The translations under genes and the position numbers were made by a program. From NCBI GenBank assembly GCA_903944345.1, contig CAJARJ010000016.1, forward strand, positions 25,852-89,851: a DNA stretch of 64,000 nt, given 5' to 3'. Numbering within the stretch: the stretch's first letter is position 1; each line of letters starts with the position of its first letter. The DNA comes from Candidatus Omnitrophota bacterium (GTDB lineage Bacteria; Omnitrophota; Gorgyraeia; Zapsychrales; Fredricksoniimonadaceae). This document shows, piece by piece, positions 18,532-28,088 of this stretch. A model generated the notes under the pieces. It saw only the letters and a program-made list of their open reading frames with translations. It had not been told where the DNA came from and made no database searches.

Positions 18532-18872
18532 TGCGCCCAGGTAATTCTGGGACGTTTTGCTGACTGTCTTTCGGGATTGTTTGCAGGATGTTGAACAGAG
18601 CCACAGTGACGAACAACCGCGGTTGAATGCGGGGAAGTGAAACGCGGCGATCTCCGCATGGAGCAAGGCCAAATATGAGGAGAGTTCTTCGGGGAGCAAG
18701 TTAACTTTTTCTCTGGATGTAACACGAAATGATCCGTTTCGTTTATCCTCGGGTGGGCTGCAAGAGTCTTTCGGGCGACCGAAAGAGTAAGGCGGATGGT
18801 CGTCAACGTTCTTTGGGACCGGCCTAGTGTCTGTCCGGGGAGCGGTACAGAACCCGGCTTATGGCCTGTTTT
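18463..18872 (+). ncRNA. rnpB: RNase P RNA
   Basis: GAGGAAAGTCCGGGCTCC and ACAGAACCCGGCTTA (P4), GGAGCAAGGCCAAATA, terminal P1 AAAACAGGCCAT/ATGGCCTGTTTT. Confidence 0.96.
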
Positions 18873-18891
18873 ATCTGATAGAGCATACTTT

Positions 18892-18920
18892 ATCCGGATT
18901 TTTTTAGTCAAAATCCGGGT
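18892..18920 (+). terminator. hairpin just downstream of rnpB (terminator or processing signal)
   Basis: ATCCGGATTTT / AAAATCCGGGT stem, with no strong downstream U tract. Confidence 0.35.
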
Positions 18921-18948
18921 TGAGTCTTAAGCCTCTTGCTAATATAGT
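18920..18948 (+). promoter_or_regulatory. sigma70-type promoter for the yebC operon
   Basis: TTGAGT, 17-bp spacer, TATAGT. Confidence 0.55.
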
Positions 18949-19010
18949 TTTTTTGTTGTCAGGCAGCTATTTCACAATTCGGGTTTAACGCAGGAAAGAA
19001 AGGTCACAAA

Positions 19011-19760
19011 ATGTCAGGTCACTCAAAGTGGGCAACAATCAAGCATAAGAAAGCGGCCCTGGATGCCAAGCGCGGAGCTGCTTTTACAAGAATCACCCGT
19101 GAAATTGTCACGGCAGCCAAAGAAGGTGGCGGCGATCCGAACAAAAATCCCCGTTTGCGTACGGCGATGCTGCGTGCTCGCGGGATCAACATGCCTTCCA
19201 GTAACGTGGAGAATGCTATCAAAAAGGGTACCGGTGAGCTGCCCGGCGTGACCTATGAATCTTTTACTTTTGATGCTTATGCTCCGGGTGGGATTGCTGT
19301 TTTTATAGAAGGCTTGACTGATAACAAGAATCGGACCACAGCCGAAGTACGTAACATCCTGACCCGCAAGAATGGAAGTCTGGCATCGCCGGGCTCAGTC
19401 GCTTTTCTTTTTAACAAGAAGGGCTTGATTGTGGTTGAGGTCAAGATTATCAATGAAACAGATTTGATGGATCTGGTTCTTGAAGCCGGTGCGGAAGATA
19501 TGACAATTCAGGACGATGTTTACGAGATTACTACCGATCCTTCTGCTTTTGAAGCTGTTCGTAGCGCAATTGAAGCCAAGCAGCTTCCCATGAAGTCAGC
19601 GGAAGTTACCATGATTCCGACGACGACAGTAAAGGTTACCGGCAGTGAAGCCAAGAATGTCCTGGCACTGGTTGATGCGCTGGAAGATTATGAAGATGTA
19701 CAGAATGTGTATGCCAATTTTGACATCTCTGACGAGGATATGGCCGCTCTGGAGGGGTAG
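19011..19760 (+). CDS. yebC: YebC/PmpR family protein
   Basis: MSGHSKWATIKHKK, TDNKNRT, EDVQNVYAN. Confidence 0.96.
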   Translation: MSGHSKWATIKHKKAALDAKRGAAFTRITREIVTAAKEGGGDPNKNPRLRTAMLRARGINMPSSNVENAIKKGTGELPGVTYESFTFDAYAPGGIAVFIEGLTDNKNRTTAEVRNILTRKNGSLASPGSVAFLFNKKGLIVVEVKIINETDLMDLVLEAGAEDMTIQDDVYEITTDPSAFEAVRSAIEAKQLPMKSAEVTMIPTTTVKVTGSEAKNVLALVDALEDYEDVQNVYANFDISDEDMAALEG

Positions 19761-19774
19761 AAACTGGGGGCGGA

Positions 19775-20260
19775 ATGATAGTTATTGGTGTTGACCCCGG
19801 TCTTAAAGCTACTGGTTACGGTGTGATCCGTATTGATGACCGGACCCGGATTGCCGCCCTTGAGCTTGGGTCGATTGAGCCTGCGCGCAAGGACTCCTTT
19901 GCAGTCAAGTTATCCAAGATTCGCAAGCATCTCGACGATGTTGTTGTGCGGTACCAGCCTTCGGTTATGGTTCTGGAAAAGCTTTATAGTCATTACGCTC
20001 ATCCGGTGACCGCAGTTGTTATGGGACACGCCCGGGGCGTTATATGTCTGGTGTGTGCCGAACGGAATCTTTTGCTGGTCGAGGAAAGTCCCAAGCGTGT
20101 TCGTAAATCGGTTGTTGGCAATGGCAATGCTTCGAAGGAACAGACGCGCCTGGTTGTTGCGTCTTTTCTCAAGATTGCCCCCGAGAAACTTACGCTGGAT
20201 ATCTCCGATGCCTTGGCACTTGGGTTGGCTTATGCGAATATGAAACGTTACTCCGGATAG
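19775..20260 (+). CDS. ruvC: Holliday junction resolvase
   Basis: GVDPGL..TGYGVI, GHARGV, GNGNASKEQ, DISDALA. Confidence 0.95.
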   Translation: MIVIGVDPGLKATGYGVIRIDDRTRIAALELGSIEPARKDSFAVKLSKIRKHLDDVVVRYQPSVMVLEKLYSHYAHPVTAVVMGHARGVICLVCAERNLLLVEESPKRVRKSVVGNGNASKEQTRLVVASFLKIAPEKLTLDISDALALGLAYANMKRYSG

Positions 20261-20289
20261 TTGGGGTTGTTTCTTCTGATGGAGCCGAG

Positions 20290-20916
20290 ATGATTGTTCG
20301 GATCAAGGGCGTCATAGCCGAAAAGAAAGATAACGCCGTTGTTTTGGCAGTTGGCGGTATTTTTTACGAAATTCTGGTTCCCTCCTCGGTTGCCCAGAGG
20401 ATTGACTCGGCTTGTGATAACGAAGGTGTTGTTGTTTTGGTCATTCATCATTATCTGCAGATTGGGCCTTCCACCGCCGCTCCGGTCATGATCGGATTCC
20501 TGAACGAGCTTGAAAAAGAGTTCTTTTTGCAGTTCATTTCGGTTTCCGGTATCGGACCTAAAGCCGCCGTCAAGGCGCTCAATTGTTCGATTGCCGATAT
20601 TTCTGCGGCCATAGATGCTTCTGATTCGGCTTTTCTCAAGGGGCTTCCTGGTATTGGACAGCAGAAAGCAAAAGATATTATTGCGAAGCTGCAGGGGAAG
20701 GTCAGTCGTTTTGGACTTATTCCAGATACCAGAATAAAGATAACGGCTGCTCCCGCATCTTCTGTTTGCGAGGAAGCGCTCGCAGTGCTTCAGCAGTTGC
20801 AGTACAAAAAGCCGGAGGCCGAAGACATGGTTCGCAAGGCCTGGGACCGGACCGGTGGAGCCGCGACTGTAGAAGAATTGCTTAATGCAATTTATTCCGT
20901 ATCCCGAAAATCTTAA
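20290..20916 (+). CDS. ruvA: Holliday junction branch migration protein A
   Basis: OB-fold start (VGGIFYEI), HhH motifs SVSGIGPK and LPGIGQQKA, C-terminal EALAVL..L.Y domain. Confidence 0.94.
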   Translation: MIVRIKGVIAEKKDNAVVLAVGGIFYEILVPSSVAQRIDSACDNEGVVVLVIHHYLQIGPSTAAPVMIGFLNELEKEFFLQFISVSGIGPKAAVKALNCSIADISAAIDASDSAFLKGLPGIGQQKAKDIIAKLQGKVSRFGLIPDTRIKITAAPASSVCEEALAVLQQLQYKKPEAEDMVRKAWDRTGGAATVEELLNAIYSVSRKS

Positions 20917-20929
20917 TGACAGGGTTGTT

Positions 20930-21745
20930 ATGGATAATAATCAGATAGAACATTTGAAAGGGGCAGTCGAGGCTCTTTTGTTCGTTAGTGAGAAGCCGGT
21001 GACTGCAGAGCAGTTTAAGGATGCGATCATTGGTGTTTCGGCAGATGAGATCAAGGTGGCGCTGGATCTGCTTGAGCAGGAATATGCTTCTGCCCGCAGG
21101 GGAATGGTTGTTATTCAGATCGCCGGTGGCTGGCAGATGCTCTCAAGCGGAGATTACGCCTCTTATATACGTGAATTCTTCAAGACCCGGCATAAGGAGA
21201 AATTGTCTCGTCCGGCGCTGGAGGTCTTGGCGATTATTGCCTACAAACAGCCTGTTTCGCGTACTGATCTTGAGCTTCTTCGCGGGGTGAACTCTGACGG
21301 GGTTGTCATACATTTGCTCAACAAGGGGCTGATAAAGATCGTCGGGAGAAAAGAAGTGCCTGGCCGTCCGTATGTTTACGGAACCACCGGGTTGTTTCTG
21401 GAATATTTTGGTTTGAGAGCTTTGTCGGATCTGCCTAAACTGGAAGAGTTTCCTGGCTTGGCTGCTGCAGAGGGGACCTCCGGGACGTCTGACTCCGCCG
21501 GATTGCAGCAGGAGTTGGCTCAGGCTGTTTCCGGGGAATATGCTCCGACAGCGGAAGATCTGGCAAAAGCCAGAACCCGAATGGATATTGATGAGTTGGA
21601 GAAAGATATGGTCTCCCCGGCAGAGATTGCAGACGGAGATATTGTCGGGTCAGTCGGGGGACAGGCCAGGATGATGAGCGCGGAGAATGCTCCGCAGGAG
21701 GAAGCTGACCGTGGAACTGAAGAATCTGCGTCGGAAGATCGATGA
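20930..21745 (+). CDS. scpB: SMC-Scp complex subunit ScpB with acidic C-terminal tail
   Basis: VEALLF, LSRPALEVLAIIAYKQP, RGVNS, PGRP..YGTT..FLEYFGL..L.DLP. Confidence 0.95.
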   Translation: MDNNQIEHLKGAVEALLFVSEKPVTAEQFKDAIIGVSADEIKVALDLLEQEYASARRGMVVIQIAGGWQMLSSGDYASYIREFFKTRHKEKLSRPALEVLAIIAYKQPVSRTDLELLRGVNSDGVVIHLLNKGLIKIVGRKEVPGRPYVYGTTGLFLEYFGLRALSDLPKLEEFPGLAAAEGTSGTSDSAGLQQELAQAVSGEYAPTAEDLAKARTRMDIDELEKDMVSPAEIADGDIVGSVGGQARMMSAENAPQEEADRGTEESASEDR

Positions 21746-22772
21746 TATTGATGCCCAATTGCTGGCGCTTCTAAATGCCCGAGCTCAGGTTTCCCTGAAA
21801 GTCGGACAGGCAAAGCATAAGGACGGTCGTAATGTGTACGTGCCGGAGCGTGAGCAGCAGCTTTTGGCGCGTTTAAAAACACTTAATGCCGGCCCCATGA
21901 ACAATGAGGCGCTTGAGGCGATCTGGCGTGAGATTATGTCCAGTTCCTTATCGCTTGAAAAGCCTTTGCGCATTGCCTACCTGGGAGGGCGAGGCTCCAA
22001 TTCATGGCTGGCCGCGGTGCGCAAATTCGGATCACAGTTGGAATATCTCGGTTGTCAGAGTATTCCTGAGGTTTTTCAGAGTGTGCAGCGGAAAGAAGCT
22101 GATTATGGTATGGTGCCTATCGAGAATTCAGTCGAAGGAGCGGTAACGCCCACGATTGACATGCTGGTGGACTCGGATTTACAGGTGTGTGCTCATATTC
22201 TGGTTCGGATTTCGCATGCTTTTCTTTGCAAGGGGCCGGTTAGTGCGGTCAAAAAAGTCTATTCCAATCCGCAGGTCTTGGCGCAGTGCCGGAATTGGTT
22301 GCTTGCCAATTGTCCGCCGCAACGGGTCAAGCATATCAGTGTTGCGGCCACTACTGACGCTGTCAAGCTGGCGCTGACGGAACGCGGGGCGGCCGCGCTT
22401 GCTTCGCCGGAATGCGCCCGTATTTACGGAATTCCGATTATCAAGGCTGATATTCAGGATTTCGCTCACAATGCTACCCGTTTTTTTGTGATTGCGCATC
22501 ATGATGCAGCGGCAACCGGGAAGGACCGGACTTCGATTGTTTTTTCGATCAAAGATCGGGTAGGGGCTTTGTCGTCCATTCTGACGCCTTTTGCCCGCAG
22601 CAGGATCAACTTGACCAAAATTGAATCGCGTCCGATCAAAAAGAAAGCCTGGGATTATTATTTCTTTCTTGATATCGAAGGGCATCGGGAAGATCCCAAG
22701 ATTCGTAAAGCTCTTTTACGTCTTGAGGGAATGTGCAAGTTTATGAAAATCCTTGGGTCATATCCGGTATAA
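21711..22772 (+). CDS. pheA: chorismate mutase / prephenate dehydratase
   Basis: LRRKIDDID, PIENSVEG, NATRF, NLTKIESRP, LGSYP. GTG start follows a GGAGG RBS and overlaps the scpB end. Confidence 0.95.
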   Translation: MELKNLRRKIDDIDAQLLALLNARAQVSLKVGQAKHKDGRNVYVPEREQQLLARLKTLNAGPMNNEALEAIWREIMSSSLSLEKPLRIAYLGGRGSNSWLAAVRKFGSQLEYLGCQSIPEVFQSVQRKEADYGMVPIENSVEGAVTPTIDMLVDSDLQVCAHILVRISHAFLCKGPVSAVKKVYSNPQVLAQCRNWLLANCPPQRVKHISVAATTDAVKLALTERGAAALASPECARIYGIPIIKADIQDFAHNATRFFVIAHHDAAATGKDRTSIVFSIKDRVGALSSILTPFARSRINLTKIESRPIKKKAWDYYFFLDIEGHREDPKIRKALLRLEGMCKFMKILGSYPV

Positions 22773-22776
22773 CAAT

Positions 22777-23874
22777 ATGAACAATCGAGCCAATAAGAAT
22801 GTTTTGAAGATCAAGCCGTATGTCCCCGGCAAACCGATTGATGAAGTCAAGCGTGAACTTGGACTCAAGCGGGTTGTCAAGCTGGCCTCGAACGAGAATC
22901 CGTACCCGCCTTCGCCTGCAGTTCTCAAGGCTGTCCGGGAGGCGGGCAGGAATCTCAATCGTTATCCTGACGGAAGTTGTTTCGAATTGCGCCAGGAGCT
23001 TTCCCGTCGGCTGAAAGTTGATCCCCGGCAGCTTGTTTTTGGCTGTGGATCTGATGAGGTTATTGTTTTGGCTTTGCGCGCTTTTATTAATCCTGGTGAT
23101 GAAGTGGTCATGGCTGTGCCCTCGTTTCTGGTTTATTCTCTGGCCTCGACTTTGGCTGGAGCCAGGTGCATCCAGATTCCTCTCAAAGGGTTGCGCTACG
23201 ATATGTCAGCCATGAAAAAGGCGGTTACCGCCCGGACCAAGATTGTTTTTATCGGTAATCCCGACAATCCATCCGGTCAGTTTCCCGACAAGGCCGAAGT
23301 GGACAGTTTTTTGCGTGGACTCGCGCAGGACGTGCTTGTATTCTTTGATGAAGCATATTACGAGTTTGCGGCTGCAGAAAAGAATTATGTCCAGACGCTT
23401 GATCTGCTGCGCTCTCGCGGTAATGTGATCGTTGCCCGGACGTTTTCCAAGCTTTTTGGGTTGGCGGGACTGCGTATCGGTTATGGAGTGGCTTCTCTGG
23501 AGGTCGCGGCGTTAATGGATCGTGTACGCGAACCGTTTAATGTGACGTCTGTGGCCCAGGCTGCGGCCCTGGCCGCACTGAAAGACCGTGTTTATTATGA
23601 CCGGATTCTTAAAGAACTTAACACCGAACGCAGTCGTTTGTGCGCACAGCTGCGTAGTTTCTCAGCTCAGGGGGTCGAAGTCAGCAAAGGGTGTACGAAT
23701 TTTATCCAGATTCGTACTTCCAAAGACAGCCGGGAGCTTTCCGCTGCATTGCTTAAGAAGGGGATTATTGTCCGGGATATGAGTGCCTGGGGGCTGTCAA
23801 ACTATATTCGTGTAACCATTGGCAAACCGTCGGAGAACAGACTCTTTTTAAAAGCGTTTGCGGCGGCAATCTAG
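22777..23874 (+). CDS. hisC: histidinol-phosphate aminotransferase
   Basis: KLASNENP, RYPD, DEAYYEF, RTFSK..GLAGLRIGY. Confidence 0.95.
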   Translation: MNNRANKNVLKIKPYVPGKPIDEVKRELGLKRVVKLASNENPYPPSPAVLKAVREAGRNLNRYPDGSCFELRQELSRRLKVDPRQLVFGCGSDEVIVLALRAFINPGDEVVMAVPSFLVYSLASTLAGARCIQIPLKGLRYDMSAMKKAVTARTKIVFIGNPDNPSGQFPDKAEVDSFLRGLAQDVLVFFDEAYYEFAAAEKNYVQTLDLLRSRGNVIVARTFSKLFGLAGLRIGYGVASLEVAALMDRVREPFNVTSVAQAAALAALKDRVYYDRILKELNTERSRLCAQLRSFSAQGVEVSKGCTNFIQIRTSKDSRELSAALLKKGIIVRDMSAWGLSNYIRVTIGKPSENRLFLKAFAAAI

Positions 23875-23999
23875 GCCGTTTTTCTTTGGAAAGCGGTTTT
23901 GTTCCGAATTATTTTTCATACAAAAAGGTTGATTATCCCGTGTTCGTAAGGCTTGGCCGCGCGGAATACCTGGAAAGGGTGGCAGTGTTCAGAAGACAT

Positions 24000-24845
24000 A
24001 TGTTCAGAAAAGCTGCGGTGCTTGGTACCGGTTTGCTTGGCGGATCGGTTGCTCTTGCCCTTAGGCAGAAAGGTCTGGCAGAGCGAATTGTAGGAACATC
24101 GCGACAGGAAACATCGCGTCGTCTCGCTGTTGAGCGCGGTGTGCTAGATGAGGTCTTTATTGAAACTCAGAAAGCTATCCAGGGCGCGGATTTGGTTATT
24201 CTGGCTTCGCCGGTCAAGACGATTCTTGCGGATATCCTGAATATTTCCAAGCATCTGCGTCGTGGCTGTGTGGTAACAGATGTGGGCAGTACAAAGATGG
24301 CGATTGTTGATGCTGCGGAGAAATGTTTTCCTGCGCATGTTCTTTTTGCCGGGGCCCATCCGATAGCGGGTTCGGAAAAGAGCGGAGTGCTGCATGCTTC
24401 GGCAGATTTGTTAAAGGGGGCGGTGTGTGTTCTGACTCCGACCGACAAGACCAACAAGGTGGCACGGGACAAGGTGCGACAACTCTGGACAACTTTGGGC
24501 TGTGATGTCCGGATTATGGAACCGGCCAAGCATGATGAAGCTTTGACTTATGTCAGTCATTTGCCGCATATGGCTGCCTTTGCCTTGATGCGGGCGGTTC
24601 CTGAACAATATTTGCCTTTGGCTTCAGCCGGTTTGCGTGATACCACGCGAATCGCCGGTTCATCGCCAAAGATGTGGAGTGATATCTGTTTCTCTAATTA
24701 TCGTAATGTTTTACGTTCGATTGATGAAGTGGTTGGGTCGTTGTCCGAGATTCGTAAGGCCGTTGTGGATCGGGACGAACAGGCGCTTACGGCTTTTCTT
24801 GAACAGGCCAAAGCCCGCCATCTTTTACTGGAGAAAAAAGAATGA
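24000..24845 (+). CDS. tyrA: prephenate dehydrogenase
   Basis: GTGLLGGS, TDVGSTK, HPIAGSE, SHLPH, RDTTRIA. Confidence 0.93.
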   Translation: MFRKAAVLGTGLLGGSVALALRQKGLAERIVGTSRQETSRRLAVERGVLDEVFIETQKAIQGADLVILASPVKTILADILNISKHLRRGCVVTDVGSTKMAIVDAAEKCFPAHVLFAGAHPIAGSEKSGVLHASADLLKGAVCVLTPTDKTNKVARDKVRQLWTTLGCDVRIMEPAKHDEALTYVSHLPHMAAFALMRAVPEQYLPLASAGLRDTTRIAGSSPKMWSDICFSNYRNVLRSIDEVVGSLSEIRKAVVDRDEQALTAFLEQAKARHLLLEKKE

Positions 24846-25513
24846 GTATGCCGTTTGTTGTTACTATTGACGGGCCTGCGGGAGCCGGCAAGAGTACGGT
24901 GGCGAAGTTACTGGCGCAAAAACTTGGTGTGGCTTTTCTGGATACCGGAGCCATGTATCGTGCTCTGACTCTCAAGGCTTTACGTTTGGGCACAGATCTG
25001 GAGGATCCGGCGGCGCTGGAATCTTTGGCCCGGGCGACTGTGATTGATGTGCTTTTTGAGCCGGGTGGGTCTCTGCGAGTTCTGCTGGACGAGCAGGATG
25101 TTTCTGTCGATATTCGTTCGCAGGAAGTTACTAACAAAACGTTTTATATAGCCCGTACTCCCGGTGTCAGGGAGGTTCTGGTTGATTGGCAGAAAAGAAT
25201 GGGCCGAAAAGTGTCTTTGGTCGGAGACGGCAGGGATCTGGGGACAGTAGTTTTCCCTGACGCCGCTTTTAAGTTCTTTCTGGATGCGGATTTCAAAGTG
25301 CGTTGCCGTAGAAGGGCTGATGAACTGCGGCTTAAAGGTCTTCCGGTCGACGAGGCCGGTCTGGAGAAGGATTTGATGGAACGGGATCAGCATGATTTGA
25401 CCCGTAAAGTTGGTCCTTTGAAAAAAGCAGATGACGCATTATATATTGACTCGACCGGAATGAGCATTGACGAAGTTGTCAATTTCATAGCCGCACGAAT
25501 TGACAGGCAATAA
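24842..25513 (+). CDS. cmk: cytidylate kinase
   Basis: IDGPAGAGKST, DTGAMYR, GRDLGTVVFPDA. Confidence 0.96.
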   Translation: MSMPFVVTIDGPAGAGKSTVAKLLAQKLGVAFLDTGAMYRALTLKALRLGTDLEDPAALESLARATVIDVLFEPGGSLRVLLDEQDVSVDIRSQEVTNKTFYIARTPGVREVLVDWQKRMGRKVSLVGDGRDLGTVVFPDAAFKFFLDADFKVRCRRRADELRLKGLPVDEAGLEKDLMERDQHDLTRKVGPLKKADDALYIDSTGMSIDEVVNFIAARIDRQ

Positions 25514-25518
25514 AATTT

Positions 25519-27309
25519 ATGGATCAGACGCTTATACGTAATTTTTCGATTATCGCGCATATTGATCACGGGAAGTCCACTCTTGCGGATCGTTTGATGC
25601 TTTTTTGCGGAGCGATTGACGAGCGTAGTTTCAAGAATCAGATGCTCGACGATATGGATCTCGAGCGCGAGCGCGGGATAACGATCAAGGCTTCGGCTGT
25701 CCGTTTGAATTACAAGGCTCAGGATGGTCGTGAGTATCTGTTTAATCTGATCGATACTCCTGGTCATGTGGATTTTACGTACGAGGTTGAGAAGTCGCTC
25801 AAGGCCTGTGAGGGGGCGCTTCTTATTATTGATGCTTCACAGGGAGTTGAATCGCAGACGGTGGCCAATTATTACCTGGCAATAAATAATAATCTTGAAA
25901 TCCTGCCGGTGATCAACAAGATCGATATTGCCAATATTGATCTTAATGAAGCAGTTCGTCAGCTCAAGGAGATCCTCAAGTTCAAGGAGCAGGACATCCA
26001 GAAGGTGTCCGCAAAAGAAGGACTGAATATTGACTTGCTGTTCGAGAAGATTGTCAGCTTTATTCCGGCCCCTTATGGTGAAGAAAATAAACCGCTCAAG
26101 GCTCTGATTTTTGATATGAAATATGACGTTTATAAGGGTGTGGTTATCTTTATCCGCATTATAGACGGCAGCCTTGCGATAGGTGACCGTATCCGGTTGA
26201 TGCATTTACAGAAAGAATTTACTGTTGACGGGATGGGGTGTTTCTCGCCGTTTGACACCAAGCTCAAGGAGCTGGGATCCGGTGAGGTCGGTTATTTTAC
26301 CTGTAATGTGCGCGATCCCAAAGAAATTCGTGTCGGTGACACGGTGACCAGGGCGGATAATCCCTGTATGGAACCTATGGAAGGATATCGGCAGTTACAG
26401 CCCCTGGTCTTTTGCGGGGTTTATCCGGTGACTGCCGACGAATACATGGAGTTGCGTGAAGCTATCGACAAATTACGACTGAGCGATCCGAGTTTTACGT
26501 ACGAACCCGAAACTTCACAGTCTTTCGGGCACGGTTTTCGCTGCGGTTTTCTTGGCTTGTTACACATGGAGGTTGTTCAGGAGAGACTGGAACGGGAATA
26601 TAATCTGAGCCTGGTCTTGACGACGCCGAATGTTGGCTATCGTTACGAGACCAAGGACGGTCAAATGATGGATATCGAGAATCCTTCTGCTCTGCCTTCC
26701 ATGAATGATGTCCGCTCGGTGGAAGAGCCGTATTTGAAAGTTTCTGTTCTGACTCCGGTGGTCAGTATGGATGCCGTTATGGAATTGACCAAACGCAAGC
26801 GCGGCACCTATATCAAGAGTGAGTTTATTTCGGATCGCATGCGGATTGTTTACGAGATTCCGCTGGCAGAAGTGATTGTGGATTTCAATGATATGGTCAA
26901 ATCGGCGACCAAAGGATATGGTTCTATTGATTATGAGTTCGCTGGTTACCGCCAGGCGCCGATTGTCAAGATGGACATTTTGATTAATGATGAGGCCTGT
27001 GATGCTTTTTCCTGCCTGGTGCATAAGGAGCATGCTTATGCCAAGGGGGCGGCTTTGTGCGAGAAACTTAAAGAGCTTATTCCAGCCCAGTTGTTTGATA
27101 TCCGCATCCAGGCATCCTGTGACGGGCGCATTATAGCGTCTTCGCGGATCAAGTCGATGGGCAAGAATGTGACGGCTAAGTGTTACGGAGGGGACATCTC
27201 CCGTAAACGCAAGTTGTGGGAAAAGCAAAAAGAAGGAAAGAAGAAGCTCAAATCCGTTGGACGGGTTGAGGTTCCGCAGGAAGCTTTCTTGGCGGCTTTG
27301 AAAATATAG
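25519..27309 (+). CDS. lepA: elongation factor 4
   Basis: RNFSIIAHIDHGKSTLADR, DTPGHVDF, GFRCGFLGLLH, KCYGGDISRKRKL. Confidence 0.98.
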   Translation: MDQTLIRNFSIIAHIDHGKSTLADRLMLFCGAIDERSFKNQMLDDMDLERERGITIKASAVRLNYKAQDGREYLFNLIDTPGHVDFTYEVEKSLKACEGALLIIDASQGVESQTVANYYLAINNNLEILPVINKIDIANIDLNEAVRQLKEILKFKEQDIQKVSAKEGLNIDLLFEKIVSFIPAPYGEENKPLKALIFDMKYDVYKGVVIFIRIIDGSLAIGDRIRLMHLQKEFTVDGMGCFSPFDTKLKELGSGEVGYFTCNVRDPKEIRVGDTVTRADNPCMEPMEGYRQLQPLVFCGVYPVTADEYMELREAIDKLRLSDPSFTYEPETSQSFGHGFRCGFLGLLHMEVVQERLEREYNLSLVLTTPNVGYRYETKDGQMMDIENPSALPSMNDVRSVEEPYLKVSVLTPVVSMDAVMELTKRKRGTYIKSEFISDRMRIVYEIPLAEVIVDFNDMVKSATKGYGSIDYEFAGYRQAPIVKMDILINDEACDAFSCLVHKEHAYAKGAALCEKLKELIPAQLFDIRIQASCDGRIIASSRIKSMGKNVTAKCYGGDISRKRKLWEKQKEGKKKLKSVGRVEVPQEAFLAALKI

Positions 27310-27341
27310 ACTGATAGCAGATTTTGCAACGGAAGGATGTT

Positions 27342-28088
27342 ATGGAACAGGAAAAAGAACTGGTTCAAAAATGCGGTATTTGTGCTGTTGTGCGGGCCGC
27401 GAAACTGGATCGTTTTTGGGTCTTATTAACTCTGCTGACGGGCTATCCGGTTGCGGCCCTCACCTTGTTGTTTTCTTGCGGATTTTCCTGGAGTGCTTTT
27501 CGTGCTGCGCTTTTGGGGGATTCTGGCAAAAGTATCGCCAAGGAATGGGGCGAATCAATCCTGGTGGCTTTTATCCTGGCTATGGTCATTCGTACATTCT
27601 TTTTCCAGCCTTTCAAGATACCTTCAGGCTCCATGCGCATGACTCTTATCGAGGGGGACAGGCTTTTTGTGAACAAGCTGGCGTATGGTCCGCTGGTTCC
27701 ATTTACCGCGCGGCGTTTTCCCGGGTTTACCGCTCCCAAGCGGGGAGATGTTATTGTTTTTCGTTTCCCGCCAACCCGGGACAAGGATTATATCAAACGT
27801 CTGATCGCTTTCCCCGGGGAGAAAGTCGAGATCCTTCGGGGTCGTGTTTATATTGACGGCAAGGTTATTGATCAGGGGACAATAGCCGGAATTTATTACT
27901 ATAATAACGGTGATTATGGTGCCCAGCACAAGCCCATTGTGGTTCCCGAGGGGCAGTATTTTGTTATGGGAGATAACAGCGCGTCCAGTTATGACGGGCG
28001 TTACTGGGGCTTTGTTCCCCAGGAGATCGTTGTCGGCCGGGCGGATGTTATTTTCTGGCCGCTTAATCGTATCGGGAGAATCAAGTGA
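27342..28088 (+). CDS. lepB: signal peptidase I with N-terminal extension
   Basis: IPSGSM (Ser), YIKRL (Lys), GDNS..S.DGRYWG. Confidence 0.93.
   Translation: MEQEKELVQKCGICAVVRAAKLDRFWVLLTLLTGYPVAALTLLFSCGFSWSAFRAALLGDSGKSIAKEWGESILVAFILAMVIRTFFFQPFKIPSGSMRMTLIEGDRLFVNKLAYGPLVPFTARRFPGFTAPKRGDVIVFRFPPTRDKDYIKRLIAFPGEKVEILRGRVYIDGKVIDQGTIAGIYYYNNGDYGAQHKPIVVPEGQYFVMGDNSASSYDGRYWGFVPQEIVVGRADVIFWPLNRIGRIK

Noticed and set aside
18250-18911. Minus-strand ORFs of 149 and 185 aa
   Set aside because: They overlap rnhA and rnpB in antisense; the structured RNA explains the region.
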